64,000 nucleotides of DNA from Octopus vulgaris (taxonomy: Eukaryota), in contig OX597816.1 in the NCBI GenBank assembly GCA_951406725.2, forward strand, positions 21,204,001 to 21,268,000, in the 5' to 3' direction. Shown here piece by piece: positions 50,631 to 63,179 of the stretch. The notes under the pieces were generated by a model. It was not told the DNA's origin and ran no database searches. It was given only the letters and a program-made list of their open reading frames with translations. The position numbers were made by a program, and so were the translations under genes. Positions within the stretch are counted from its first letter, which is position 1. Every line of letters begins with the position of its first letter.

Positions 50631-51339
50631 GAAAGCAGCATTACTTGTACACAAGTAAACAGATGTTTAAAAACACATGTAAAATCTGGGTGTGACAGGT
50701 AAAAAGAGATATAATTACTCCAAATACAAATTGGAAAGAAGGGTCCATAGTCTTGTCCTGCTAATAGGGTAAAACCCCCTTGTCATGAATGACCATGGGA
50801 TTGCACTTAGAAGGATCACTCTCAGGCACAAGTCTTAGCAAGGAAGTCTGAACAAGGTGGTTTAAGGAAGATCAGCAGTCATCCATGCATACCAGCCTTC
50901 ACTCTCCATGCTACCAATGTTATCCAAGGATTTGAAGGCTAAAACAATGCGTAACACATTGTGACCAGCGATGTGTAACAACATTCTGATAGCCTGGTCG
51001 GTCACGGTGGTCACGGTGATATCAAACATACTACCTAGCCTGGTAATTATTTAATTGGCATCAATGTCCACCTGGCTGCAAAAGATATCACTGGAATGCA
51101 ACCTAATATAACAGTGGGTTTCTTTGATACATATGTATGAATATATATATGCATATGCTGTTCTCTCCATACTATTTCATTTTACCAGATAACAATGTTA
51201 AGGTACCGGCAAATCTGAGGAAATATAGAAGATACCAAAGGTGTCGTAGTGTGTGATTTAACTTGGAAATGAGTGGTAGAAAATAGAACTTTATAAGCAG
51301 AGAGAACCTAAAAATGAGCAAAGTTGTCTGCCTTCACTT

Positions 51340-51660
51340 CATCATCATCATTTAATGTCTGCTTTCCATGCTGGCATGGGCTGGACGATTTGACTGAGGT
51401 CTGGCAAACCAGATGGCTGCACCAGGCTCCAGTCTTGATCTGGCAGAGTTTCTACAGCTGGATGCCCTTCCTAATTCCAATCACTCCGAGAGTGTAGTGG
51501 CTGCTTTTTACGTGCCACCGGCATGAGGGCCAGTCAAGCAGTACTGGCAACATGGTGCTTTTTACGTGCCACCGGCATGGGGGCCAGTCAGGCAGTACTG
51601 GCAATGACCTCGCTCGAATCTTTTTACACGTGCCACCAGCACAGGTGCCAGTGAAGCGAT
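51340..51660 (-). mobile_element. SINE-like family C
   Basis: Family motif. Confidence 0.85.
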
Positions 51661-52654
51661 GTTTGTAGAATAAAATTCTCTGAAGGAAAGGAATAACAAA
51701 ATGGATATGAAGCTCCAGCTGAGAATATAGTAATTCATACATTGTATAAAAATCACTGCATTCAGAGGAACAGAGCTCTTAGTTCTTTTATTTAGTGTTA
51801 AGGAAACCTGGGAGGATATAAGCAAGACAGATCTGAGAGCTAAGACAGAAAATGCATAAAGTGGTAGTGTGTTGCAGACACATCAAACCCATGGTAGTCT
51901 TCCAAATTGATGTTAAATAGAAAAACAAAATATTGATATATACGTTTTCTGGGGAAAACTGCAATAAAGAATCTTTCTTCTCCTCACAATGTGATGTTCG
52001 TTAAATTCACTGTTTAAAAAAAATAAATAAGCAAAGCAAAAAAACAAAAACAAAAAAGAACCAAATTGATTCCCAACAGATTTATCCTATCTTAGCAGTT
52101 GCTTCTCCTGTTTATATTTGGTGCTAATATAATTATTTGCATCCAAGAGAAAGTTAAAAATATTTTCAAATCGTACCTTGGAATCTATATTTTATGCTAT
52201 TCTGAGAACAAATTACATTTGGTTAAAAGTCTTAACCAAAAGATTCAGTGTATATAAATATTGTAGTTTCTCTTAGATTGGAAGAAAGTCTTTGTTTTAT
52301 GATTTCTTAGAGACAAGAAAACTACTTGTGATAAGATATTTCTTCCTGTTCAATGAGATTTTCATTTGACTTCCAACTTTATCGGAAGTTTATTTTTAGG
52401 ATGAGACTTGTAAGTGGGAATAGTAACTTATTTATCAATAAAGGTTCATAAACCATATGTGACAAAATAGAATAAATCAATAGATTTTTGGTTATTCTCG
52501 ACTGTGTTCTTGTATAATATACTTATTCTTTCTTTGGTTCTTTCTCGTAAAGCCTGCAGTGTTTACTGAACCTAATAAACATAGCGAGCATATGGATTTT
52601 GAAGATGGTTGCGGAGCATATTAATTGGTACTCTGAGATAAAGAAGAAGCACAA

Positions 52655-52685
<31 letters not shown>

Positions 52686-53209
52686 AAGCATACAAGAACA
52701 CAACACAAAAAAAATAAGAATATTGGCATCAAAAACAAAACGAAAAATAATAATTAACTAACTATATATGAAGACAAACCTGAAACACAAAATTTTGTTC
52801 AGTCATTATACATCATCTCAACGATATAAATCTGTAATATTTGACTTTCCACCTGCATCTGTATATTCTTCATTGATATGTTGTTTCCATGAAATTGTCT
52901 TTTTAAGCATAGTCTTTCGTTTTATGGAATATCAATGATTTCTGCTTGAGATTTCTCTTCCAACTCACAGTGTTTTTTTCAAACTTTAGAACAAATTGTT
53001 AATAACCAAACATCTAGTTGCTGATGTCGCTATTTAATATAATATATTGAAAATTATAGAGTTATTTAGAGGCAATCTTTTCACAACTAACAACAGAATC
53101 TCCGTGTCTGTTGCTGACTAATGTCAATATATTTCATTGGCGTTTGATGGTTGTTATCACAACGTATGCTCTGTTGTAGAATCTTCTCTATTGCTCTCTT
53201 GGCAGAAAG

Positions 53210-53630
53210 CATCATCATCATCGTTTAAAGTCCGTTTTCCATGCTGGCATGGGTTGGACGGTTTGACTGAAGTCTGGAGAGCCAGTGGCTGCACCAGGCT
53301 CCAATCTGATCTGGCGATGTTTCTACAGCTGGATGCCCTTCCTAACGCCAACCACTCCATGAGTGTAGTAGGTGCTTTTTACATGCTACCGGCAAAGGAA
53401 CCAATGAGGCAAACCTGGCATAGATCACATTTGAATAGTGCTTTTTATGTGCTACTGGCACGGAAGCCAGCCAAGGTGGCACTGGCATCAGCCATGTTCA
53501 GATAGTGGTTTTTATGTGCCACTGGCATGGGTATCACAACTACAATTTCCATTTTTATTTTGATCTTGATGTTGATGCACTTGACTCAATAGGTCTCCTC
53601 AAGCACAGCAGGTCGCCCCATGATCTAAGG
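53210..53630 (-). mobile_element. SINE-like family C
   Basis: Family motif; colinear with 11562-11990. Confidence 0.85.
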
Positions 53631-53844
53631 ATGTGATTCTTCCTAACTGAATCTAACGGTTGAGAGGATGGACATCAGTACGGACAACAACAATACCTGT
53701 TCAATGTGAAGGTGAACTTTTACAACCAGGCAAGCAGATAGATGAAGCTCTTGGGTATTCAGCTTAGATAAGAGATTCTTTTACCAGACACAACCAAAGG
53801 ATGTGATATTTGTGTGTAATTATCTGCCAATTACTTGCATTTAA

Positions 53845-54541
53845 TCATCATCATCATTGTTTAACGTCCGCTTTTCATGCTGGCATGGGTTGGGCGATTT
53901 GACTGAGGACTGGCAAACCAGATGGCTGCTCCAGGCTCCAATCTGATCTGGCAGAGTTTCTACAGCTGGATGCCCTTCCTAACGTCAACCACTCCGAGAG
54001 CATACTGGGCACTTTTACATGCCACTGGCATGAGGGCCAGTTAGGCGGTACTGGCAATGGCACAAGGGCCAGTCAGGCGGTACTGGCAATGGCACGAGGG
54101 CCAGTCAGGCGGTACTGACAATGGCACGAGGGCCAGTCAGACGGTACTGGCAATGGCCATGCTCAAATGGTGTTTTTTACATGCCACCTGCACAGGAGCC
54201 AGTCCAGCGGCACTGGCAATGACCACACTGGAATGTTTTTTTCACGTGTCAGTAATTTGACACTCGTAACAATCATGCTCGAATGGTGCTTTTTATGTGC
54301 CACCAGCACGGAAGCCAGTTTGCTGCTCTGGTAATGATCATGCTAGGATGGTGCTCTTAGCGCTCCACTAGCATAGATGCCAGTCATCAAATTTGATTTC
54401 GATTTCACTTGCCTCAACAGGTCTTCACAAGCAGAGTTTAGTGTCCAATGAAGGAAAGGTATGCATAAGTTGGCTGATTACACACCTGGCATAGGCCACA
54501 AGGTTATGGTCTCACTTGACTTGCCAGGTCTTCTCAAGCAC
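53845..54541 (-). mobile_element. Long SINE-like family C copy with 4x 32-bp internal tandem (54032-54159)
   Basis: The unit GAGGGCCAGTCAGGCGGTACTGGCAATGGCAC is repeated with period 32. Confidence 0.85.
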
Positions 54542-54619
54542 ATTTCTTTAAAAACGTTTTCAAGTTAATTATATACAGTAGGGATGAAATTTTATATTAG
54601 ATTATATATTGAAGTTAAA

Positions 54620-55172
54620 ATCAAATTCGATGACTGGCATTCATGCTAGCAGAGTGCAAAGATCACCATACGAGTGTGATCGTTGACAGAGCGGCTAACC
54701 GATTTCTGTGCCAGTAGCACATAAAAGGCAACATTCGAGTATGATCGTTACCAGCATCGCCTTACTGGCACCTGATCCCCATGCTAGTAGGATGCTAAGA
54801 GCACGACACGAGCATGATCGTTGGCAAAATGGCTAACTGGCTTCTGTGCTGGTGCCACGTAAAAGGCACCATTTGAGTGTGATTGTTACCAGCATCGCCT
54901 TACTGGTACCTGTGCCAGTGGCATGTGTAAAAAGATTTGAGCGAGGTCATTACCAGTACTGCCTGACTGGCCTCCGTGCCGGTGACACGTAAAAGCACTC
55001 ACTAAACTCTTGGAGTGGTTGGCGTTAGGAAGGGCATCCAGCTGTAGAAACTCTGCCAGATCAAACTGAAGCCTGGTGCAGCCATCTGGTTCGCCAGCCC
55101 TCAGTCAAATCGTCCAACCCATGCTAGCATGTAAGGTGGACGTTAAATGATGATGATGATGATGATGATGAT
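54620..55172 (+). mobile_element. Long SINE-like family C copy
   Basis: Inverted relative to 53845-54541, with a (GAT)n tail. Confidence 0.85.
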
Positions 55173-58100
55173 TGAACTACTTCTTCATGAATCATAAGTT
55201 CAAATTTACTACGAACATCTCATTGTGTTCCTAAGCAGAAATGTGTACTTCGTTTTTAGTTCAAGGCAGTATTATGTACTGGCATGATTTGGGAACCAGG
55301 ATGGTGTAGAGCTCCAGATAATAAGTTTACATTACGTCCATTTATATTCTATGTTCATATCCATTGAGGCTCACTCTGCCTTTCAACCCATCTAAGATCA
55401 ATGAAGTAAATGCTGGTCACATAATGATGATGTCTAAATTGACCACATTACTGAAAATAATGGCCTTCATATAAAAACGTTGCAAAATACCCAGTATTTC
55501 CAAAAATGTTTGAAGGTATTTCTGCCACTCAAGTAATCCCTAATTTTCCATTTGTCTACATTTCTATCCATCTCTCTTTCTACTTCTTAATCTCTCCCAT
55601 TCTCTCTTTCTTTCAAGTAAGTATTTAAGGGGAAAAATTTGACAAGTCAGTCAGTCACCAGCTGACACTCGAAGAGGCCAGGGAACAGAAGAAAGAAGAA
55701 AGAAGACATGCACCCAACACCAGAGCTGAAGACACCTCCGAAAAGGGGGTGGGCTGCCACGTCAAAACAGTAGAGGAGTAGGGGCCGAAACCGGAAGTGG
55801 TTCCTCCTGATGATGTCTTCAGCTAACTGGATCCTATAAAGTAGCTGTTGTGGTAGCAGACCATGAAACACGGTTGTAATTCTTCTATCTTTCTATTTAT
55901 CTACACCTGGTCCATAGATGTGCTATCTCCTCTCTCTACTATTTCTATTCCCACTACAGTGAACTCTGATACTTAGGGATGGCTTGTTTCCGGCTACATC
56001 CACTCAATCGCTTCTTATTTTCAAAATAACTAATCTCTTCTCCCTTGTTGTTATTGGTATTGTGTCATGTAGTCTTTGCATTATTAAGTTACATGTAAAC
56101 CTTTCTTCTTTGAACATAAGTCCTGTGGAATTCCCTGCTTGCACAAGTTTTCTTGCAACCATTGACTCACAGCTTTTTTAAATTAAACATTATAGCTTTA
56201 CTGTCATTGGAACTTCGAGGGGATGCAAAACATCAGACACCAATTTTTTTCCAGAATATTTCCCCCACCTCTCTGTCCATTCCATGAAAGCTACTCAATT
56301 GTCCTAAATCATTTTCTTCATCAAGTCACCCTAAACACAATGTTATATAAAAACACAGAAAGAAACCTCTATGAGGTCAATGAAACTTCTAGAAATGTCA
56401 GCCAAATTTATCTATCATTGTAAAAAAAGAAAGGTCACATTAGATCATGTTGCTTGGGATACACAAAACTGAAATAAAAATAGAAAGATTCTTTTATCAT
56501 AAGCCTTCTTAATTAAGGTCAACTAGTAGCTAAACAATTTTATCATCATTTCACATCTCTTTTCCATGTTGGAATGATTTGGACAGTTTGAGAGAATTCA
56601 GTAAGCTGCAGGGCTATGTTTATCACCAATATCAGCTTTGGCATGGTTTCTATGGCAGGACATTCTTCCTAAAGCCAACGAATTTACAGCATATACTGCG
56701 TACATTTTGTTATATGAATTAAAATGTCATTCAATTACATCTTCCTTTGCTAACATAATGCAATAGGTGCTTTTAAGGAAACACTGGCAATAATTTTTAT
56801 ACTACAAAAGCTTGACAAATTAAAAATTTAAACATCTGAAAGTAATTCAATATAATTTCTGCCACTGTTGTATAGTTCAAAGATCAAATCAAATCAAAGA
56901 CTTCCAAGCTTTAAATATCCCACCTAGTTCGACGATTGTTTACTTCAAACTACATTAACCTATATTTCTTCTTGGTATGATGGAGATTTTGGGTGCTTTT
57001 TCTAGCAAGTTATGCAACAATGTGTGGCTTTCTCATGGTGTTCATTATACTGATTTCATATTCAGGGTATTATACTTTTAATCATTGAATTTAATTTTTG
57101 TTTTTAAATTCTATAAAATTCTATAAAATCAAGTGCTCTGTATCTGAGATATTTCTCTGGGTTCTCTAAATAGCAATGCGATAAAACACCATATCTTCTA
57201 CAATTTATAAAGATGAATTATCTGAAAACATTGACCTTACTGTTCAATAGGAACATATCATTTTGAAGTGTCAGCATTGTTTTCCAAAGGATATAGAAAG
57301 AAAAATAGGAAATATTTTTTTTCCTTTGAAAAGCAGCTGTTGTATCTTTGAGTTCATATGAAAATTGAATAATATTTTTTTTAACATTGTTAAAATTTTG
57401 TCTTAATTATCATCTCAAATAATTAAAATATTTTACAAGCAAGAATGTATAAAATTTCTCATTACAAAAAGAAAAAACAAGAAAAAAAGAGAACAAAGAA
57501 AAGAGATTCGTTTTCTCTTTCGCAGTTAACTCTAATCTTTGAAGCTCAAAATTATTTATTTATTTATTCTAATAAATGTGTGTATGGTTGTCAAAACTGA
57601 AAGGCCACACTCTGATATTTCTAATTTTAAAATCTAATTAAATTTGTAAATAATATTTGTAAAGTGAATAATTATTGTGGAAAATTTGATCATTTATTAT
57701 AATGCAACACTATTGTTTTTTCTTTTTTTTTTGTTCTTTGGTATTCTGATTGTTGGATTTGCTACAGAAATGTGAAAGCTACAAAAGCCCCATGTATATC
57801 AAATGGAAAGGCAAACAAAATATAGAAAAGAAAATAATAGAAAGTAATGTAACTTGATATTTTTATTGTATATTTTACAATAGATTTGATTCATGGTTTG
57901 ATATTTGATCCATCAACACACTCTTATGCATAGAAACTGCAATGAGAGTTGAATGGAGTCCTTTGTCCTTGGGTTTTAAATCTACTTGTTTTCAAAATCA
58001 TTAATTTTATGTAATAAATACAAGTTTTATTATCTCTTATTAATTATGTCAGTGGATTGGCAGAACCATTAGAGCATCACAATAAATGATTTGTAGTATG

Positions 58101-59736
58101 TGTTTCGGAGTTTTGCACTCTGAGTTCAAATCCTACTATGGTCAACTTTGACTTTCAACTTTGTGGGAATAATAAAATAAATAACCAGTCTGGTAACTGG
58201 GGTCCCTTTAATCAACTAACCCCTCTCCTTAAATTTATAGGATTGTGTCCATTTCAGAAACAATTATTATTTGTAACAACTTTACAGAATTGCGAACACA
58301 CCAGACAAAATGCTTTATGTTTTGTGTTCAAATCCTGCTGAGGTTGACTTTGCCTTTCATGTCATGTGTCATGATTCATGAACTACGAAGTTAAATTTTT
58401 TCCCTGCTAAAAATTATATATTTTCTGTCTTTCAATTATCTATTCATATGTATTGATTAATGGTTTGACTTTAGTAATCTCAAGGCTTAAGTGAGACCCA
58501 CAATGGATTGTTGCGCTCATACCAAGGAAGGTGCTGCTGTTATCATCACCAATCTAATACAAATCCAAGTTGGTACAGAACCAATATACATTCTACAAAT
58601 TGTTTCAGAGACTAATTCATTCCAAAGACAAAGACGAAAATCTTTTCATGAAATACAGATTAGATTCCTCATCAATAATTACATACAGGTATGAATGATT
58701 ATGACCAACAAATATATGCAAAGACCTTTCGTAGCCCAGATATGAACAAATAAATGAAAGATAACAAGAACACCAGATATTCAATGTCCTTATTTAAACC
58801 TAATAATATGGTAAAATTTATTTAAACTTAATAATATGGTAAAATTAAAAGAAAATAAAAATAAAAGAAAAACAAATCTTTTGTTTACAAAATAGCCTTC
58901 TACATGCAAAACAGAACAGCAAAAGAGAGAGAAAGAGAGAGAGTAGTATCAGTGAAGGGAGAGGAGAGAAAAAAGTAATGCAGTGAAGGAGAGGTAGAGA
59001 GAGTAATAGCCATGACTGAGAGAGTGAGGGAAAGTAATGACCGTTTGAGAAAGAAGAACGCAGAGTGTATCTTCTGTTCTCAACACTTGAATGAGAAAGG
59101 AAGGGGTGAATAGAGTAACAGATAGCCATTCAACTTTGTGTGAGTATATGTGTATACATGTGTATATGAAAAAGAGCAGTATGTGAATGTGTGCGTGTCT
59201 GTGTGTGTGTGTGTATGTCTGTGTGTGTGTGTGGGAATGTGTAAGTGAGTGCGTTCAAAATGGAAACATTTCCATGCATGCATAATGGAAGCGTACAACT
59301 CTGAAGATAAAAACTGATATCATTCCAAATTTGTTTGAGTAAATGTATGTATGTGTGTGATTGGGAAGTATTTCAATGCTTGTATCTGCAATTTTGTATC
59401 TTGTTTAAATAACAATTAGCCATCAATTAGCCATTAATTATTAACAGCTAATTATATTAAGAAAAGTGTTTCAAATCATTACCATTCCTTTAGGAACAGA
59501 AATAAGGCTCCTACTAGTCTTAATAATTTAATCTGGAATCTTAAAGATAACAGAAAAACGTACTTTATTGAATGGAGCATTTTAAGGGCGGCCCTGGCTT
59601 ATAGGATTGGTAATAGGTTCTGGTCTCTTTGTTCTGAAGAATTATTTTTGCTTCTATTTTCTAGAAGACTGTTTCCAAACTCTAAATCTGAAAGGAATTT
59701 TATTCTGTGTTCATAAGAATAAATGCATTCTCTTTA

Positions 59737-60145
59737 GCTCTTTTACTCTTTTACTTGCTTTGCTCATTTGACTGTGGTCATGCTGGAGCACCACCTTTAG
59801 TCGGGCAAATCGACCCCAGGTCTTATTCTTTGTAAGCCTAGTACTTATTCTATCGGTCTCTTTTGTCGAACCGCTAAGTTACGGGGATGTAAACACACCA
59901 GCATCGGTTGTCAAGCGATGTTGGTGGACAAACACAGACACACAAACATATACATACAAATATATATATATACATTAATATAACAGGCTGCTTTCAGTTT
60001 CCGTCTACCAGATCCACTCACAATGCTTTGGTTGACCTGAGGTTATAGTAGAAGACACTTGCCCAAGATGCCACGCAGTGGGACTGAACCCGGAACCATG
60101 TGGTTGGTAAACAAGCTACTTACTACACAGCCACTCCTACTCCTG
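59737..60145 (-). mobile_element. SINE family B
   Basis: Reverse complement of the consensus. Confidence 0.88.
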
Positions 60146-60382
60146 TTTAAAATTTTTTAATAAAGTTGTCTATTATAAGTGTTTTATTAGATGATTTAGT
60201 GGTTTTTGAGAGTTTGATAATTTTGGTTTCAGCCTTTGATTTTTTACTACTCTAGTTGGTTCATCTAGCTTTATGTTTTTTAAAATTCAATTTTAAGATA
60301 TTGTGAATATTTTAATTTTGGTCCAACAGTGTTTCTGAGACAGTGGAATTTTACATTTAATTAATTTAATTATCTTACTACT

Positions 60383-60620
60383 AAGTGAAGTATATTTGCC
60401 ACTTAAATGTGGCTAACCACTAAGGGTGAATGCTACTGTAGCTTGTAGCACCAGGAGAACATCTTCTCCAGCTGACTGTCAATAGCCAGCTAGAGAAGAT
60501 GTCCTCCTGGGGCTACAAGCTACAGTAGCATTCACCCTTAGTGGTTAGCCACATTTAAGTGGCAAATATACTTCACATTGTCGTGCAGCTACTGTTTATA
60601 CCTCGTTCAGAGATTTATTA
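60383..60620. mobile_element. Long-hairpin element (related family) with 12-bp flanking direct repeat
   Basis: Near-perfect palindrome at 60385-60577 plus a ~43-nt tail. TATCTTACTACT occurs at 60371-60382 and 60621-60632. Confidence 0.8.
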
Positions 60621-60954
60621 TATCTTACTACTGTTTTTGGTATTTCTATATTTATTAACTGACCCCGTGCTGTTCATAATTGATGGCTAATTGTTATTTC
60701 AACAAGATACAAAACGAAGTACAGAACAATCCTAGATACAAGCATTCAAATATTTCCCACTCACACACATACATATACATACTCAAACAAATTTGGAATG
60801 ATATCAGTTTTCATCTTCAGAGTTGTACATTGAAATAAATAATGTATAAAATATCTGAGATGTCTGCTGCTTTGCTGTACTGAAGAAGACCTCTGCCCCA
60901 TAGCAGGAGTGTTAAGACATGTCCCCCCTGCTGGGGATGATTGACCTGCAAGGG

Positions 60955-61920
60955 TTCTGTGCCAGTGCCACGTAAGAATCACTCATGGTGGTGGTGTCAC
61001 ATTAAAAGTGCTTATGCAGTGCTATGTAAAAGCACTTGCACGGTACCACATAGAAGCACCCATATGGTACCATGCAAAAGCACCCATGCGGTATCACATA
61101 AAAGCAACCATGTGGTACCATGTAAAAGAGCCCATGCAGTGCCACATAAAAGTACTCATGCAGTGCCACACATAAACATCCATGTGGTACCATGTAACAG
61201 CACCGGAGCAGTGCCACATAATGACACCCAGGTGGTACCATGTAAAAGCACCTGTGCTGTGCCACATAATAGCACTCATGTAGTACCATGTAAAAGTACC
61301 TGTGCAGTGTCACATATAAGCATCCATGAGGTGCCATGTAAAAACACCCGTGCAGTGCCACATAAAGGCACTCATGTAGTACCATGTAAAAGTACCTGTG
61401 CAGTGCCACATAAAAGCATCCATGAGGTACCATGTAACAGCATCCAAGCAGTGCCACATAATGGCAAATGTGCAGTACCATATAAAAGCACCTGTGTAGT
61501 TCCACGTAAAAGCACCCATGTGGTACCATGTAAAAGCACCCATGCAGTGCCACATAATAGCACCCATGTGGTACCATGTAAAACGACCTGTGTAGTTTCA
61601 TGTAAAACCACCTGAGTAGTTCCATGTAAAAGCATCCATGCAGTGCCACATAATAGCACCCTTCCATGTAAAAGCATCCATGTGGTACCATGTAAAAGTA
61701 TCCATGTGGTACCATATAAAAAGTACCCATGCAGTGTCACATAATAGCACCATGTGATACCATGTAACAGCACCTGTGCAGTGCCACATAATGGAACCCA
61801 GTTGGTACCATGTAAAAGCACCCATGCAGTGCCACATAATAGCACCCATGTGGTACCATGTAAAATCACCTGTGTAGAGCCATGTAAAAAGCACCCATGC
61901 TGTGTCACATAAAAGTACGC
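60955..61920 (+). repeat. 24-bp minisatellite with 48-bp higher-order alternation, inside a family C element (~60870-62110)
   Basis: Alternating units GTGGTACCATGTAAAAGCACCCAT and GCAGTGCCACATAATAGCACCCAT. The array continues into the C 3' end GTTAGGAAGGGTATCCAGC...(GAT)n. Confidence 0.92.
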
Positions 61921-62620
61921 AGTATACTCTGTAAAGTGGTTAATGTTAGGAAGGGTATCCAGCCATTGAAACCATGGCAAATCAGACAACTGGAGTCTGG
62001 TGCATCTCTCCAGCTTGCCAACTCTGGAGAAACTGTCCAAACCCACGCCAGCATGGACAACAAAAGTTCAATTATATGATGATGATGATGATCATGATGA
62101 TCATGATGATGACATTGATAATCTAAGTGTAAAAGAAAAAGACACAGCAGTAAGACTAGAACACCTTTTGTTTTCGTCAACTGAACACCACCTTGACTAC
62201 AACCTGCTTTTTAAATGGCCAATTCATACCTATTGATTACAATATTAGTGATGTAAAATAAAAGCAATTGGAATAAATTTCACTGTCTGACTTGTTTTAT
62301 TATTTGGAAAAAACTTTATCCAATACACTATATCTTATACTCAAGGGACATTTAATTAGTTTCTCACTGTAATTAATGTATGAATATTAAAATGAAAATG
62401 TCATAACATCTTCATATTTTACACCCAATAATCTCCAGAGACACATAGAATATTCACATAAATTTTTGTATTCTCCTCATCAGAATTTACAAAAATATGA
62501 TGCAGTCTTAAGATAGTATGAAATTGAGAAACATGTACAGAGTTCGGAATCATACACACTTCATTATCAGGTTTGAAGAAAAGCACAATATTCCTCATAC
62601 TTAAATCTTAAAACCATCAT

Positions 62621-62780
62621 CACAGGAGTGGCTGTGTGGTGAGTAGCTTGCTTACTAACCACATGGTTCTTGAATTCAGTCCCACTGTGTGGTACCTTGG
62701 GCAAGTATCTTCTACTATAGCCTCGGGCCAACCAAAACCTTGTGAGTAGATTTGGTAGACGGAAACTGAAAGAAGCCCAT

Positions 62781-62815
<35 letters not shown>

Positions 62816-63040
62816 GTGTGTATATGTTTGTGTGTCTGTGTTTGTCCCCCCATCATTGCTTGACAACCGATGCTGGGGGTGTTTAGGTCCCCGTAACTTA
62901 GCAGTTCAGCAAAAGAGACCGATAGAATAAGTACTAGGCTTACAAAGAATAAGTCCTGGGGTCGATTTGCTCAATCAACTAAAGGCAGTGCTCCAGCATG
63001 GCCACAGTCAAATGACTGAAACAAGTAAAAGAGTAAAAAA
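62621..63040 (+). mobile_element. SINE family B
   Basis: Colinear with the consensus. Confidence 0.88.
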
Positions 63041-63179
63041 AGAAATCACTTTTAACATCTACTTTTCATATTTACATGGGTTGGCAGGGTTTATCCAGGT
63101 AGATTTTCTGTGGCTGGATAACCTTCCTGTCACCAACCCACATCAGTTTTTAAGTGAGGTCATATTTCTCTATGGCAAC

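Larger units (their letters stand above)
59296..60825. mobile_element. Putative non-autonomous TIR element (~135-150-bp TIRs, TA flanks)
   Basis: 59296-59429 is the inverted copy of 60677-60825. The ends read TA|CAACTCTG...CAGAGTTG|TA. Confidence 0.65.

Noticed and set aside
58491-58694. 67-aa ORF ending at a donor-like CAG|GTATGA
   Set aside because: No recognisable domain and no clear acceptor. It could be an exon or a decayed element, but I cannot support either.
59296-59340. CTGAAGA followed by the palindrome CAAATTTG in the TIR arm
   Set aside because: No GAAA core in either copy, so not a hammerhead.
60955-61920. CRISPR-like regular repeat array
   Set aside because: No unique spacers, eukaryotic context, no cas genes. 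It is a tandem minisatellite.
60941-62046. 224-242 aa repeat ORFs on both strands
   Set aside because: A by-product of a 24-bp tandem unit. Being open on both strands and in several frames argues against a real gene. Not called as CDS.
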